A stretch of DNA of 40,091 nucleotides from a virus (IMGVR_UViG_3300033145_000309:1-40091); one strand, 5' to 3'; shown: positions 15,569-26,172, counted from the first letter of the stretch. Notes: generated by a model not told the origin, from the sequence alone. Made by a program: numbers and translations.

Positions 15569-17866
15569 CTACGACAGAGGGACTACTTGTAAACGCAAGT
15601 AATAATATCTTTCAAGTTTCCTATCCCTCTCAATAGGTCGTGCCATAGATTGTGTAGGCAAGAACTTTACATATATATCTGTCGGGTCTTCCTCATAGTC
15701 TATATCGTAAAAGGTTACAGGCCACGTGGCCTCTCTCGCTTCAATTATCGCAGCCTTAATAGTAGCGCTTTGCCCTTCTTCGCGAGTGCCGTCCTTTAAC
15801 ACATAACCGTTACCACATTCAACCGCACACTCTATTATCCTTCTGTTAGACGGGTATAGTATAGCTCTAACATCGTAACCCATAAGTTTAGGTGTGCTAC
15901 CCGACGAGTTTGTCTTGGGGACAAACTTAAATTTCATCATCGTACTAACTGGATTATTACTTGACCCGTCAACGGGTAGGTAGGCTGAGGTTGTCGGGCT
16001 GGTCTTGAAGTCCCCTATGTCAGTCCAGCTTGAGTCGCCCAGCTTCTTATAGTGGGCTTCCCAATATACATTAGCTGTCGTGTCCTCCATTGTCAGGGTT
16101 ATCTTAATAAAGGCTTTGTCATCAGCCCTGAAGTCTGCGTGCATCCAAGGGGTCTCAAGATATGCACTACCTGTGTTAAAGGTATAATCGGTGTCACTCG
16201 TTATGTCCCCGTATTTAGTGGTTAGCGGGACATAATATACAGAATCGCTACTGTCTGTAGAGGCTACCCACAATCTCTTTTTGTAAACGGTGGACGTGAA
16301 TAACTTGTTACACCCTGCGAGAGTCAACTCTACCAATGAATGCCACACCCATTTTGTAATACCATCTATGGTCTCTAGTCTACCAGCCATTATCTCAATC
16401 TTGTCACTATAATCCACGGCTATATAAAGATATTCCTCATCTTTGGCTGTAGCCTGTACCTGTCCCACGAACTCTGCTAGATTAGTGCAGAATTTAGAAG
16501 GCGACCGCCATATCGGTTCGCTCTCGCTTGTGTCGTATTGAACTAATCCCTGGTCTCCACAGGGGATAAACAAATCCTCAAGCCATACTATTGAGTTCTT
16601 ACCACTTGTAGAGCTCTCAAGGGTCTTTAAATCCTCAATTAAAACCTTGACATCACCACTTGAGTCAAGATAGAATGGTCTATCTTCTTTCATAATATAG
16701 AGGACGTTCCCCGTTTGAATTAAACCCGTAATAGCATAGGTCGCACTATCTATGGTTGTAGCACTACCCCAGTTTGTACCCCCATCAGCAGGGTTAGTAG
16801 TTGAGTAGATAACATTGGCGGTGTCATTACCGTACATTGTTTGTGCTGTAGTATATAAACTCTCAAAGAACTGGTGTGTGTTGTCAGTTAAAGTATTGAG
16901 TGTAAATACCTCAGAGGTACTCATCTCATAGTAGGCGGCACTAATCCCCTGTCCGATATAAAGCGCGGAGCCGAATACTTTAAGGCTTGAGATGTTTTCA
17001 GGGAAGGAGCCAACTGTTGTAAATGCCGTGCCTGTACCATTAAGTTTAGCAAGGATACCACCAAAGGCAGCATATAAATTATCATTAAACTCTACAAAGT
17101 CGGCAACAGCCCCTACGGTAGGTTCGCTTTCGACCACCACATCGTCAAAGTAGGCAGTGTCCCCTGATGCACCAGCATTATTGAGTGTTAGCCTTAATCG
17201 AGTGGCAGTTGCGGATAATTGCCTGCCTACAGTTACTTGCACCCAACTGTTAATCGTCGCAGTGGTGGCACTAGAGGTTGTCCCCACACCATCATCTATA
17301 ATCAATGTTGCTGTGCTAGCAGTCAGTTGGTAAATCCAGATACTGAACTTGAAGTAACAGCCACGATAGGCATTATCCCAAGTAAGGTCTTGGTAAGTGC
17401 TTGTTTGGTAATAATGTTTCCAACTGTATGTTCCCCCGTGAGCTTGCTCGTCTGAGCGGTAATTGTCATTCCACCCATCAGTTCCTTCCATATCAGCGTT
17501 AGTTATAGAGAGACTTGTCCCTGATGGCTTGGTTACTGTGGTTGGTAATGGCCCCAAAATAACCATCCCCTTGTGTCTGGCATCACAGTTTATTGACCTG
17601 TAATAACGCTTCGGGTCGGTTGAGTCGTAGAATTCCTGTCCGAACCCAGAACGCCAATCAGTTTGGGCAATTACCAGCTCCTTCTCTGGGGGTAGGTTTC
17701 CATATCCTGGAGTCCCTGTAGTCTGCTGTGTAGCTAAATACTCATCATCATGGCTGCGATAAATCGGGTTACCATTTTTATCTCTGGCTAATACAAGCCC
17801 TACCGTAGTAGAGCCATCCTGTCTTAAGAAACCTATATCGTGCTTGGTTCTAACGTAGTTTGACAT
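15569..17866 (-). CDS. Tail nozzle / tubular protein B-like with inserted carbohydrate-binding-like domain
   Basis: 765 aa beta-rich, follows adaptor; ITNADME...YFDDVVV insert. Confidence 0.6.
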   Translation of the reverse strand: MSNYVRTKHDIGFLRQDGSTTVGLVLARDKNGNPIYRSHDDEYLATQQTTGTPGYGNLPPEKELVIAQTDWRSGFGQEFYDSTDPKRYYRSINCDARHKGMVILGPLPTTVTKPSGTSLSITNADMEGTDGWNDNYRSDEQAHGGTYSWKHYYQTSTYQDLTWDNAYRGCYFKFSIWIYQLTASTATLIIDDGVGTTSSATTATINSWVQVTVGRQLSATATRLRLTLNNAGASGDTAYFDDVVVESEPTVGAVADFVEFNDNLYAAFGGILAKLNGTGTAFTTVGSFPENISSLKVFGSALYIGQGISAAYYEMSTSEVFTLNTLTDNTHQFFESLYTTAQTMYGNDTANVIYSTTNPADGGTNWGSATTIDSATYAITGLIQTGNVLYIMKEDRPFYLDSSGDVKVLIEDLKTLESSTSGKNSIVWLEDLFIPCGDQGLVQYDTSESEPIWRSPSKFCTNLAEFVGQVQATAKDEEYLYIAVDYSDKIEIMAGRLETIDGITKWVWHSLVELTLAGCNKLFTSTVYKKRLWVASTDSSDSVYYVPLTTKYGDITSDTDYTFNTGSAYLETPWMHADFRADDKAFIKITLTMEDTTANVYWEAHYKKLGDSSWTDIGDFKTSPTTSAYLPVDGSSNNPVSTMMKFKFVPKTNSSGSTPKLMGYDVRAILYPSNRRIIECAVECGNGYVLKDGTREEGQSATIKAAIIEAREATWPVTFYDIDYEEDPTDIYVKFLPTQSMARPIERDRKLERYYYLRLQVVPLS

Positions 17867-17868
17867 AA

Positions 17869-19167
17869 TTAGACCCTCAAAGTTCCACTTGGTGGAGTCA
17901 TTCTCATCCTACCCTGTATTCTCCGATAGTTCTGCCGCCAATCTTCCCTTTCCTCCTTGAACTTGAGCCTATCCTCACTGCTTACTGTTCCAGCAGCTCT
18001 CTCGTATAGCAGGGAAGAGGCATAGTTTACGATTAGCCTGGTTTCATCACCCTCGTCAAAGGGTATAGTATCTGTAGCAGAGGATAATGAAGATAGTGGG
18101 GTTGTGCCTATAAGCCGTATTCTCCTGTTGTTGGTATAAGCTGACTCCAGACGCAGATATCTATAAGTGCCATCGTTAATAATTGAGTAGTCATAGATAC
18201 GTTCGTACCTTACGGGATGCAGGTCATCACAAATGTCATCAGAGTAACCAGAAGTTTGAATATAAACTTGCGCAACTTTGCCATTCTGAAAGTCGTTGGG
18301 TAATATGTATTCCCTTACGGCTGGCTGAATAACCCTCGGTGGGTCAAAGTAAGCATACTTGGTGTCAGTATGAACTCGCATTCTGAACTGAACCTCGTGC
18401 AAATCGTCATTTAACGTTTGGTCTTCAAGCTCAAGTAAACTCCACTTACTCGCAGGACAGGATGTAGTTGAATTTAATGTCTGCGCTGTGCCGTCAGGCT
18501 GAACGGTATAGATAGTTAAAAAGGCATCATCTGCCACTTCAGGGTAAACCCAACACTTGAAGTGTATTGTCTCATCCATTGCGTTGAGTAACCTTGGGAA
18601 ATCATTTGAGGAGATATACAGATAGTCATCAGCCCCACTTGCGGTTACCTTGGCTGAATCAGGCCCGTGCCTGAATAAACCGCCAGTGGTTGTTTGGACT
18701 ATACCACCAGTGTTCTCTGTATATAAATCAAGTGCCGTGCTTGACGACCAGATAAATGGAGGTAGTATGTTACCAGTGATAAGAGAGCTACTCTCTACAT
18801 GTTTCCAGATACCGAAAGCAAGGTCTCGTATAGCATCATTGATAGCATTCTCTTTGTCTGTTCTTTTATATCGGCTTAATTGAATTGTAGCTGCTGACGA
18901 ATCGGCGGTCAGGCTGTCGCCCCATACGGTGCAAGTCCCCGTGGCTGTGGCATAGTCGGAGATTTTCCTCTCCACATCAGCATTGTTCAGGTTGGTAATG
19001 TAAACATACCAATTGTTAAAGTAGTCATCTACCCCGTGGTCGTATGCTCTCAAGTTCGTGCTGATTACTGACGTGTCGTTTGCGATATTGGTGGTTACAG
19101 CAACCTCAATCCAATCACCTGTTCCCTCTGATACTCTCTGAACTAAAGTAGATAAAGCTGTTGTCAT
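17869..19167 (-). CDS. Head-tail adaptor / tubular protein A-like with insertions
   Basis: AINDAIRDL and REYILPNDF adaptor-like motifs; position before nozzle. Confidence 0.55.
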   Translation of the reverse strand: MTTALSTLVQRVSEGTGDWIEVAVTTNIANDTSVISTNLRAYDHGVDDYFNNWYVYITNLNNADVERKISDYATATGTCTVWGDSLTADSSAATIQLSRYKRTDKENAINDAIRDLAFGIWKHVESSSLITGNILPPFIWSSSTALDLYTENTGGIVQTTTGGLFRHGPDSAKVTASGADDYLYISSNDFPRLLNAMDETIHFKCWVYPEVADDAFLTIYTVQPDGTAQTLNSTTSCPASKWSLLELEDQTLNDDLHEVQFRMRVHTDTKYAYFDPPRVIQPAVREYILPNDFQNGKVAQVYIQTSGYSDDICDDLHPVRYERIYDYSIINDGTYRYLRLESAYTNNRRIRLIGTTPLSSLSSATDTIPFDEGDETRLIVNYASSLLYERAAGTVSSEDRLKFKEEREDWRQNYRRIQGRMRMTPPSGTLRV

Positions 19168-19178
19168 CTATCCTCTCC

Positions 19179-19388
19179 TCAGGTCTCCTTAATCAACTCC
19201 ATAGAGCACGCACCGTTCTCATCGTGGTAACAATAGTGCGCCATCAGTCTATAGTGTTTACCACTCATAACATCTTCTATAGCAGCCTGCACGTCTGCTT
19301 TTTCTTGCTCGGTCATACCTGTAACATCAGAGCGGATAAACTCTGGGTTTTCCTCCACTGTTTCAGTTGCTTCGTAATACTCTTTCAT
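19179..19388 (-). CDS. Hypothetical protein
   Basis: RBS GAGGA; HYCYHDE...C. Confidence 0.6.
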   Translation of the reverse strand: MKEYYEATETVEENPEFIRSDVTGMTEQEKADVQAAIEDVMSGKHYRLMAHYCYHDENGACSMELIKET

Positions 19389-19523
19389 CTGAATCCTCAC
19401 CCAACAGTTTCAGTAGCTTTTTTACCTTGCCCAGACGCCTTGCGTTGACATCACGGAGCCGTATTTCACTGACCCAGATATCGTGCTTTGGAGGCTTCTT
19501 CTTTGATTTCCATATCCTCATTA

Positions 19524-20258
19524 TTACACTCCAAATAGGTGTCTCTCTTGGTTGAAGTGGTTCTGTATTTCAAGGGAACTCAACAACCTATTATAAATCC
19601 TTAAAAGAGCCACATTGCCTTGGCAGAAGCGACCTGTCGAGGTTAAAGCACCAATAATTAGATTGTCAGCACTCGTTATATCGCCAACACTTGTTATACT
19701 GGTAGCCGTTCCATCTGTTGCTCCATCCAGGTAGTGTTGAGCATTACCATCCCTATCAGCAGTTACTACAACTTGATGCCATGTGTCGTCCTTAACACTG
19801 GTATCACTTGAAACGTCAACATAATTCGTGCCATCAGCTATGTAGAAGTTAATCTTCTCGGTAGCCGTCATGCCAACTGCAAAACCATCTGAAGTCCCAT
19901 AGTCGGGTCTCTTGGAAACTAGCCCTCTGTATTGTGTGGCATCATAATTCGTCTTTAACCAGAACTCGATACTGAAGTCTGTAGCAGAACCGAAATCTAA
20001 TACTGAAGGTGCGCCACAATCCGCATAATCATCAGTGCCATCAAAATAGAGTGCCCACAGCCCCTTTGATTGCCTTGTCCAAGTAGCCCCAGTTATTGTG
20101 CCATCGTTGCCATTACCACTTCTATCCCTGATGGTTGAACTCTGGGGGTCATCCTGCCCAGGTAGCCATAACACACAACCATCGCCCTCTCTGGGAACAT
20201 ATAGGTTGAGCAATTGACTTCTACCGAAGATTGGGGGTTTTATTAAAGTGGCCATCAA
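19524..20258 (-). CDS. LamG/concanavalin A-like virion protein
   Basis: DRSGNGNDGT, LYFDGTDDY, FSIEFWLK, WHQVVVT, RIYNRLLS. Confidence 0.9.
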   Translation of the reverse strand: MMATLIKPPIFGRSQLLNLYVPREGDGCVLWLPGQDDPQSSTIRDRSGNGNDGTITGATWTRQSKGLWALYFDGTDDYADCGAPSVLDFGSATDFSIEFWLKTNYDATQYRGLVSKRPDYGTSDGFAVGMTATEKINFYIADGTNYVDVSSDTSVKDDTWHQVVVTADRDGNAQHYLDGATDGTATSITSVGDITSADNLIIGALTSTGRFCQGNVALLRIYNRLLSSLEIQNHFNQERHLFGV

Positions 20259-20770
20259 TACTGCTCACAAGTTAGTCTAATAACCAGGTCATCACCAGCG
20301 CTCTCACCAGTGATAGCATCTCTGGTTACTACAACGCCATATAGGTCATTGGAGTCAGATGCACAGGTAAAGGCCAATGGTAAGTTACCAGTAGTGCTTG
20401 GGGTTGCTATCGCCTCTGAATCCCCTGTCCCTATATCCTCCATAGCGGGAAGGTCTATTTTGCCCACATAGTTAGCTAAGTCGGCATGAAGTAGGGCGGT
20501 ATTAGCTGCATTATCGTTAAGCGTGCACGTTGGCGTAGCGGTGAATAAGAATATAACCAACCTGGGTGTTAATGCAGTCGTTTCGCAGATTGCGTGAGCT
20601 TTAGTGATATATCCACTAAAACCAGTTGACCTTGCCATTCCAGAGAATGTCCATGCTGTCCCAGCAGATGCTGATTCAGAAAGAACATCTCCAGCGGCAT
20701 AGTCTCCAGCAGCAGCCAGTGCCTTGGTAACACTTACCGTTTTCTGCTTTCCAATAATTTCCGTTGCCAT
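20255..20770 (-). CDS. Putative virion structural protein
   Basis: RBS GAGGAGG; Ala/Thr/Gly-rich, YAAGDV motif. Confidence 0.65.
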   Translation of the reverse strand: MATEIIGKQKTVSVTKALAAAGDYAAGDVLSESASAGTAWTFSGMARSTGFSGYITKAHAICETTALTPRLVIFLFTATPTCTLNDNAANTALLHADLANYVGKIDLPAMEDIGTGDSEAIATPSTTGNLPLAFTCASDSNDLYGVVVTRDAITGESAGDDLVIRLTCEQY

Positions 20771-20836
20771 TTAATCCTCCTCGTAATACCCATCACCGTC
20801 CATTACTCTCTTTTAGGTGAAGGAGGTTTCAGGGTT

Positions 20837-21460
20837 CTATTTATGTTTTCTTTTATGTCCTGTGAGGGCGATTGCTTTATTAAACGATTCTCCGCAAACA
20901 TCACATACGAATTCCCCCTTTTGTGGAGAATTCTTATCCTTCCCCATACCTTCTAGTATTGTTCGCTGGAATAAACGTTCGTCATCCCTCTCCTTAGTTA
21001 TTCTCTCTTGCTCAAGGGTTGCCCATTCCGCCTTATGCCTTTTCTCCATGTGGCGCTTAACCTGATAGGGATTAGTTAAGTTGCTTTTGCGACATACTGC
21101 TAACCCAAGCTCATCATAATGCTTTCTGTTGGGGCTATCGGGGTGCAATAAGCACTTGAGATTACCCCTCTTGGGCTTTTGTTTCGGCCTCATTGTAGTG
21201 AATACCCTTGAGCCGTCTTCCCTGGTTTTCTCAAGTTGCTTGGGGAGCATATTGCGATTGACTACGCTTCTCTCCCCCGTTCTGGTATCCCACACATAAA
21301 CATACCCAGCACTCTCAAGTTTTGTTCTCACCATTGGGGCTGGCATCTCATCATCACCTGCGTGAATCAATCTACTTGAATCTGCTCCACCAGGCTCCTC
21401 CGCCTTCTCCGCATCCTTCATTAGTTCCTCTATAAGTTTAGTGTTCTCTGTGTCCTCCAT
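20837..21460 (-). CDS. Late protein with C-terminal C2H2 zinc finger
   Basis: FVCDVCGESFNKAIALTGHKRKH. Confidence 0.75.
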   Translation of the reverse strand: MEDTENTKLIEELMKDAEKAEEPGGADSSRLIHAGDDEMPAPMVRTKLESAGYVYVWDTRTGERSVVNRNMLPKQLEKTREDGSRVFTTMRPKQKPKRGNLKCLLHPDSPNRKHYDELGLAVCRKSNLTNPYQVKRHMEKRHKAEWATLEQERITKERDDERLFQRTILEGMGKDKNSPQKGEFVCDVCGESFNKAIALTGHKRKHK

Positions 21461-21526
21461 TTGTTCCTCCTTTTGAACAAAGTTCCCGTTTACTTTTTGC
21501 CATCAATTTATGTCACCCATTACTCC

Positions 21527-21853
21527 TCACACCTGAGCAAGTTCATGTTTATCAAAAGCGGGTCTTTCTCTCACAACGTTAGCCATATCTTTTAGTTCGC
21601 CAACTGTGTGCTCTATATAGACTCTTCCCCTTTCCTTAATGCCACCCATGATGCGAAATTGGTTTGCTTCAAAATCCTTTGCCAATCCTAATCTCTCACG
21701 GTATTCGGTTTCACAATCGTTGCGCCAGACAATGATAATCTGGAATCTATACCAATCAGACCCCTTACCATCATCCCTGGGAGCGACTAAATCCACCTCA
21801 GCCAAATTCAAGGCTGGCTCATTTGCTAATACGTATGTTGTGCCCTGTATCAT
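21527..21853 (-). CDS. Hypothetical late protein
   Basis: ORF track; strand and position. Confidence 0.65.
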   Translation of the reverse strand: MIQGTTYVLANEPALNLAEVDLVAPRDDGKGSDWYRFQIIIVWRNDCETEYRERLGLAKDFEANQFRIMGGIKERGRVYIEHTVGELKDMANVVRERPAFDKHELAQV

Positions 21854-21870
21854 TTCATCACTGCTTGCTC

Positions 21871-21892
21871 AGGGGGAGGATGCCCTCCCCCT
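21871..21892. terminator. GC-rich intergenic hairpin
   Basis: AGGGGGAGG / CCTCCCCCT 9-bp stem; no strong U-tract. Confidence 0.4.
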
Positions 21893-21931
21893 AAACAGAG
21901 GGTAATATCCTGCCCTAAAGGACAGGCATTA

Positions 21932-22300
21932 TTACATCTCAATGAATCTCTCTAACGCCATTAAAACGCTAGGCTCAATCTCTATGGGACTGTTTGTATT
22001 ATCAGGTAGTTTAACCCTCTCAAGTTCAACCTCTACCTCTTGGTCAAATAGCTCGTTTATTTCCTCACCGAATTTATCCCAGTTCTCCGAATCCAAGGTA
22101 ATAGCATATTGACCCTGTGGGTTTTTATCACCATACTTGCGCAACAATCCCTGTCGCACATCCTCAATAATTGCTAATTGGTTGGCGAGTTTGTTTACAA
22201 GTGTAGCCAGCTCATAACTGGTTTTCAGGGGGAATTTCTCACCAATCAATCGGCGAAGTGGTTGAGCGGCATAAAAGATTTCTCCATTTTTAAGTTTCAT
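21932..22300 (-). CDS. DUF1617-like protein (possible fibre chaperone)
   Basis: MKLKNGEI...FPLKTSYEL...ELFDQEVEV pattern; follows fibre gene. Confidence 0.55.
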   Translation of the reverse strand: MKLKNGEIFYAAQPLRRLIGEKFPLKTSYELATLVNKLANQLAIIEDVRQGLLRKYGDKNPQGQYAITLDSENWDKFGEEINELFDQEVEVELERVKLPDNTNSPIEIEPSVLMALERFIEM

Positions 22301-22322
22301 ACATTACCCTCCTTTATTCAGT

Positions 22323-23408
22323 TTAAGTTTGTGTTAGCATGATGTAGTAGTCTGCACCGTTAATCCGAGCTTGCATTTTGTGAGAGAACTTGGTCTCGTC
22401 AGTATCGGCAGCGACGGTAGTTTCTTGGCTTATAGCGAGAACTCTGTTGCCTGCTCCTATCTCATAACCACCAATAGCTACTTGGTCAGCAACGGCAGCA
22501 GAATCGACAGATGAGTCAAACTTTATGTCGCCTTTTGCTATATTCACGATTCCTGCGGCACTAATTCGCATTGTTTCTGCGATAGCTCCAGCACCACCAG
22601 GCATTTGCTCCCATACGAAAGCCATACCAACATCACCAGCCGCAGGTGAGGCATCATCTACCTCAGCTTGGAAAACCGCTGCTTCAGTTGCGAAATCCAC
22701 ACCATCATCTGGTAACCAAACTATCTTACCTATCTCGTCGTTATCATTCACAATGGTATGCGAACCAATGGCTGCATTGCGAGATTTCACGAACATTAGT
22801 TCAGGCCCCACAGCTGAGGCTACAGACACGCCCAGAATGGCACTGCCGTCAGCAAGAGCTGTTCCCAGAACCTGTAACTCAGAGGCTGCGTTACCTGTGA
22901 TTTGAGCGGTATGCCCAATTATCACACCCTGCCCATTAGCTACAAGTAGGTCTCCACCACCGACGGTAAGTGTGTTCGACGCGTGAGTTAGAGTTACATC
23001 TCCATTGTTGAAGTTTACTACAGCACCACTTGCCAGGAATAAATCACTCCACATCAATGACGCGGTTCCTAGTGCGTTCCCATCGCTAGTTGTAGGCGAA
23101 AGCGATGTTGCGTTTAGTGTAACCTCCGCCGTTCCAGCTATTGCTAGCTTTAGGCCAGTAGCCCCAACGCCATCAATGTAAGCATCGGTAGCATCGTGAT
23201 ATAGTTTAAGGTATTCAGTTGCAGGGTTGGTTGCACTATGAATGTAAACAGCTGGGTTTGAGTCAGCAGATACATTCCAGTCAGTATTTCGGTCAGAAGC
23301 ATCAGCTATGTGAACCGCCTTACTGGTATCGTCTACAACCATCACCAGGGTGGGGTTTGAAGCATCGGCAACGCTCCAATGCCAACCTTTTGTTTTTATA
23401 CTTCCCAT
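22323..23408 (-). CDS. Putative fibre/spike structural protein
   Basis: Ala/Gly/Ser/Thr-rich; LGTASLMWSDLFLASG and FVKSRN...NDEIGKI fibre-type motifs. Confidence 0.6.
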   Translation of the reverse strand: MGSIKTKGWHWSVADASNPTLVMVVDDTSKAVHIADASDRNTDWNVSADSNPAVYIHSATNPATEYLKLYHDATDAYIDGVGATGLKLAIAGTAEVTLNATSLSPTTSDGNALGTASLMWSDLFLASGAVVNFNNGDVTLTHASNTLTVGGGDLLVANGQGVIIGHTAQITGNAASELQVLGTALADGSAILGVSVASAVGPELMFVKSRNAAIGSHTIVNDNDEIGKIVWLPDDGVDFATEAAVFQAEVDDASPAAGDVGMAFVWEQMPGGAGAIAETMRISAAGIVNIAKGDIKFDSSVDSAAVADQVAIGGYEIGAGNRVLAISQETTVAADTDETKFSHKMQARINGADYYIMLTQT

Positions 23409-23463
23409 ATTAAATTTTCTCCCTTAGATGCTGAAGGGTCAGCACCTGAATCTAAGTTTTTAA

Positions 23464-23488
23464 GAGGGTTGTTTCAGGCACAACCCTC
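23464..23488 (-). terminator. Hairpin after capsid accessory gene
   Basis: GAGGGTTG / CAACCCTC stem. Confidence 0.45.
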
Positions 23489-23501
23489 AAAGCCTTCCAG
23501 T

Positions 23502-24242
23502 TTATACAGTCCAGTCTCGTCCACCCTCTGCATAGAAGTAGTCAACTTCTGCCGTATTCGCAGCAGCCGACCTATTCTCAAACAGTAAGCAGACATAACC
23601 AACATCACTTGCAGTAACACAAGCAGCTACATCGTCAATTAGTGAACCATCGTGATAAATCTTGGCATCACCGTTGACATCAATCTCTACTCTGACTACA
23701 TCGTACTCATCGTTTACCGCATCACCCTGGTCAGATAAGGTGCCCGTCGCTGTGGTTAAATCACTAGCTACGGCACCACCATCAGCAGCTACAGCTCTCC
23801 AATCATTGGCTGTGCCATCAGGATCCCACAGCATACCTGCCATGCCACCTGAACCGTTAATGGTCAATGTAGTTGTAGCATACTCTGCGGGACAAACGGG
23901 TGTGCCTGTCTGGTGTAGTGTTTCAGACCAACCAGCGAATATAGCACAAGTAGTAATGTCAGCTACCTTAAAGCGAAATTCCGCTACAACACCACCATCT
24001 GCTGGCTTGAATGGCCCTGCCCAAAGAACAGCGTTGTCGTTATCGCCAGTGTCAGTGGTAATCGCTAAAATTCCCCCTGGTTCGTCAACTGTGTGGGTAT
24101 TAGTTCCCTCATTTAAACAAGTGAAGGCAACATTACCCATGTTAATTGACACATCTGCTGTTGGGGCTGCGCCTGCCGAAGCGGGAGCAAATCCCAAAAA
24201 GTCCTCAAAGACTCGTAACCTTCCAAAACTTCCAATTCCCAT
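23502..24242 (-). CDS. Putative capsid decoration / minor capsid protein
   Basis: Directly downstream of capsid gene; FEDF start and VDYFY end of a lectin-like sandwich. Confidence 0.55.
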   Translation of the reverse strand: MGIGSFGRLRVFEDFLGFAPASAGAAPTADVSINMGNVAFTCLNEGTNTHTVDEPGGILAITTDTGDNDNAVLWAGPFKPADGGVVAEFRFKVADITTCAIFAGWSETLHQTGTPVCPAEYATTTLTINGSGGMAGMLWDPDGTANDWRAVAADGGAVASDLTTATGTLSDQGDAVNDEYDVVRVEIDVNGDAKIYHDGSLIDDVAACVTASDVGYVCLLFENRSAAANTAEVDYFYAEGGRDWTV

Positions 24243-24315
24243 ATTTAATTATTCTCCTTTCCCGCTGCACTCTATTTTTTATGCACTAACGGGAGTATTC
24301 GCTTACTACCCCACC

Positions 24316-25191
24316 TTATGAGGTTGGAGCAGTTGCATCGCTATAAATTTCATATAGCCAGTTGCCAGAGCTTCTCTCTCCATACGCATACTCATCGTAG
24401 AAATATATTGAGGTTGCTCCGCCACCTATTTCAGGTCGTCTCTTTACTTCAGCGTGAGGCAATCTGCCTTGAACTAAAACAAGAGCTTCTTTGGCGAAAA
24501 CTCCGCCTTTAGCATCGTCTGAGCTGTCTATTGTGATGTTCCCATCACCGTAAATTTGCGCTCCACCGACCATACCCTTAAATCCTTCAGTAAATACCCT
24601 TGCCGTAAGCCCCTCACCTACTGGATATGTACCAACACCAGCTACGATTTCATCCTGGATATCTTTAATCTGGTAATCGTGTAATACACATCGGAAAGGT
24701 GGGTTCCCTGGCTCGGTAGTATTGCCCGCGATTCGGGATACCGCTGCCATTATGTGGCCGCTAGTAAGGGTAGTACCTGCGCCTGATAACGATGTGGTCG
24801 CCCCATCCAGAGCTGTTATACCATCTTCGTCTTTCTTTCTCTGAACCGCATTCTGGGCTAGCGAGCCAATCTTTGCGTATGCATTTTTAGAAATGCGGCG
24901 AGCCATCCTATCAGTTAAAAGGGTTTCAACCCCTACTACCGTAGGAGTGACGCCAAATAAAGTGTCAGAGATTTGTTGTGGGTTATCCAGTTCAGTAGTT
25001 TCACTTATTGATTGAGCGGTTAGTTGAGCCATTGAAACTTCGTTCCAAGTAATACCTTCACCCTCACCCAATGTGACCAAATCAACCAATTGAGGCATAA
25101 CCCCTTCATACTCTCTGACTATTCTTGCCGAAGCTACAATTGTGGGAAGACTATCGGCAAGAGAATCAGTAGTTGTATAACCAGTTGTCAT
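24316..25191 (-). CDS. Major capsid protein
   Basis: 291 aa after scaffold; AVQRKKDEDGI, VLHDYQIKDI, GGVFAKEAL, YAYGE pattern typical of HK97-fold capsids. Confidence 0.85.
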   Translation of the reverse strand: MTTGYTTTDSLADSLPTIVASARIVREYEGVMPQLVDLVTLGEGEGITWNEVSMAQLTAQSISETTELDNPQQISDTLFGVTPTVVGVETLLTDRMARRISKNAYAKIGSLAQNAVQRKKDEDGITALDGATTSLSGAGTTLTSGHIMAAVSRIAGNTTEPGNPPFRCVLHDYQIKDIQDEIVAGVGTYPVGEGLTARVFTEGFKGMVGGAQIYGDGNITIDSSDDAKGGVFAKEALVLVQGRLPHAEVKRRPEIGGGATSIYFYDEYAYGERSSGNWLYEIYSDATAPTS

Positions 25192-25194
25192 TCC

Positions 25195-25992
25195 TTATAC
25201 TCCTTTGTTTCTTTTATCCATGATTTCTTTAGCTCGTTTAGCATCATGGACTTCGCCTCTGCCAAACTTTTCCAAGTATTCAGCATCGGCATCGGCCGCC
25301 CCAGAGGGCTTGCCAATATCTTGTGTTAACAATCCCTTCTCCCTGAGCAGTTGTTCGGCAGCCTTCTTTATTCTTTCTTCGTCAGATTCCTTTGGAGGCC
25401 CTCCCTCCGAGGATTCCTTCTTCTTTACTTGCTCAAGTTTTTTGAGCCTGACCTCAGCTTTCTTTAGCTTTCCATCAGATAGGAACTCCTCAATATCAAG
25501 CAATTCGTCATTATCATCTGGTAAACCAAGTGCCTGAGCTTTAGCCCAAATGTCGTTGGCTTTCTGATTATACTCGTCTCTCTCAGCTTGTCGTCTAGCC
25601 TCAAGCCTTTTAGCCTCCTGCTCGCGCTGTATCTCCTTTAATTGCGCAAGTATATCCTTCCTTGCCTTAGGAGATACGCCCTCCAAATCTTCATCTACAG
25701 GGCTTGCTGTAGCAACTGCGGTAGCTAGAAGTTCAAGTCTATCCCCAAGCTCATTAAGTCGAGAATCATATTCGCCACGCTTTCTTAATTCTTGCTGCGT
25801 CTCATTGAGCTGTCTTTGCAGCGTTTTGAAACCAGCTTCTTTTTCCGAGGCTAGACGCCTAATGTCCTCAAGTTCTTGCCTGGTCTTTTCTAGTTGTTCC
25901 TCGGCAGTAGGGGTCTGCTCATCCACTTGAGTTTTTTGCTCCTCTACTTGAGTTTCCTGTTCCTCAGTCCCCTTCTCTTTTTCATCTTCCAT
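25195..25992 (-). CDS. Capsid scaffolding protein
   Basis: RBS AGGAGG before ATG 25992; highly charged helical protein directly upstream of capsid. Confidence 0.75.
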   Translation of the reverse strand: MEDEKEKGTEEQETQVEEQKTQVDEQTPTAEEQLEKTRQELEDIRRLASEKEAGFKTLQRQLNETQQELRKRGEYDSRLNELGDRLELLATAVATASPVDEDLEGVSPKARKDILAQLKEIQREQEAKRLEARRQAERDEYNQKANDIWAKAQALGLPDDNDELLDIEEFLSDGKLKKAEVRLKKLEQVKKKESSEGGPPKESDEERIKKAAEQLLREKGLLTQDIGKPSGAADADAEYLEKFGRGEVHDAKRAKEIMDKRNKGV

Positions 25993-26059
25993 TTTTAAAG
26001 TCCTCCTTCTGTATGCCTTCTTATAGATGGCACTCAAGGTAGTAGCAACAACCAAAAGG

Positions 26060-26105
26060 AAAAGGGGGTAGCCTCAACCCCTTGGTTAAGTTGCTACCCC
26101 CTTTT
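26060..26105 (-). terminator. Terminator/attenuator hairpin, twin of 34671-34713
   Basis: AAAAGGGGGTAGC / GCTACCCCCTTTT stem followed by U-tract. Confidence 0.65.
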
Positions 26106-26135
26106 ATGTCGGTTATTTCTAACCTTTATACTACT

Positions 26136-26145
26136 ATTATACCAT
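26136..26145 (-). promoter_or_regulatory. Extended -10 promoter for scaffold-capsid operon
   Basis: ATGGTATAAT. Confidence 0.6.
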
Positions 26146-26172
26146 ACTTTATTTTTAGCACTTGACATAGTG

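Noticed and set aside
15569-24242. Diversity-generating retroelement targeting fibre or LamG genes
   Set aside because: No reverse transcriptase and no adenine-specific TR/VR pair seen
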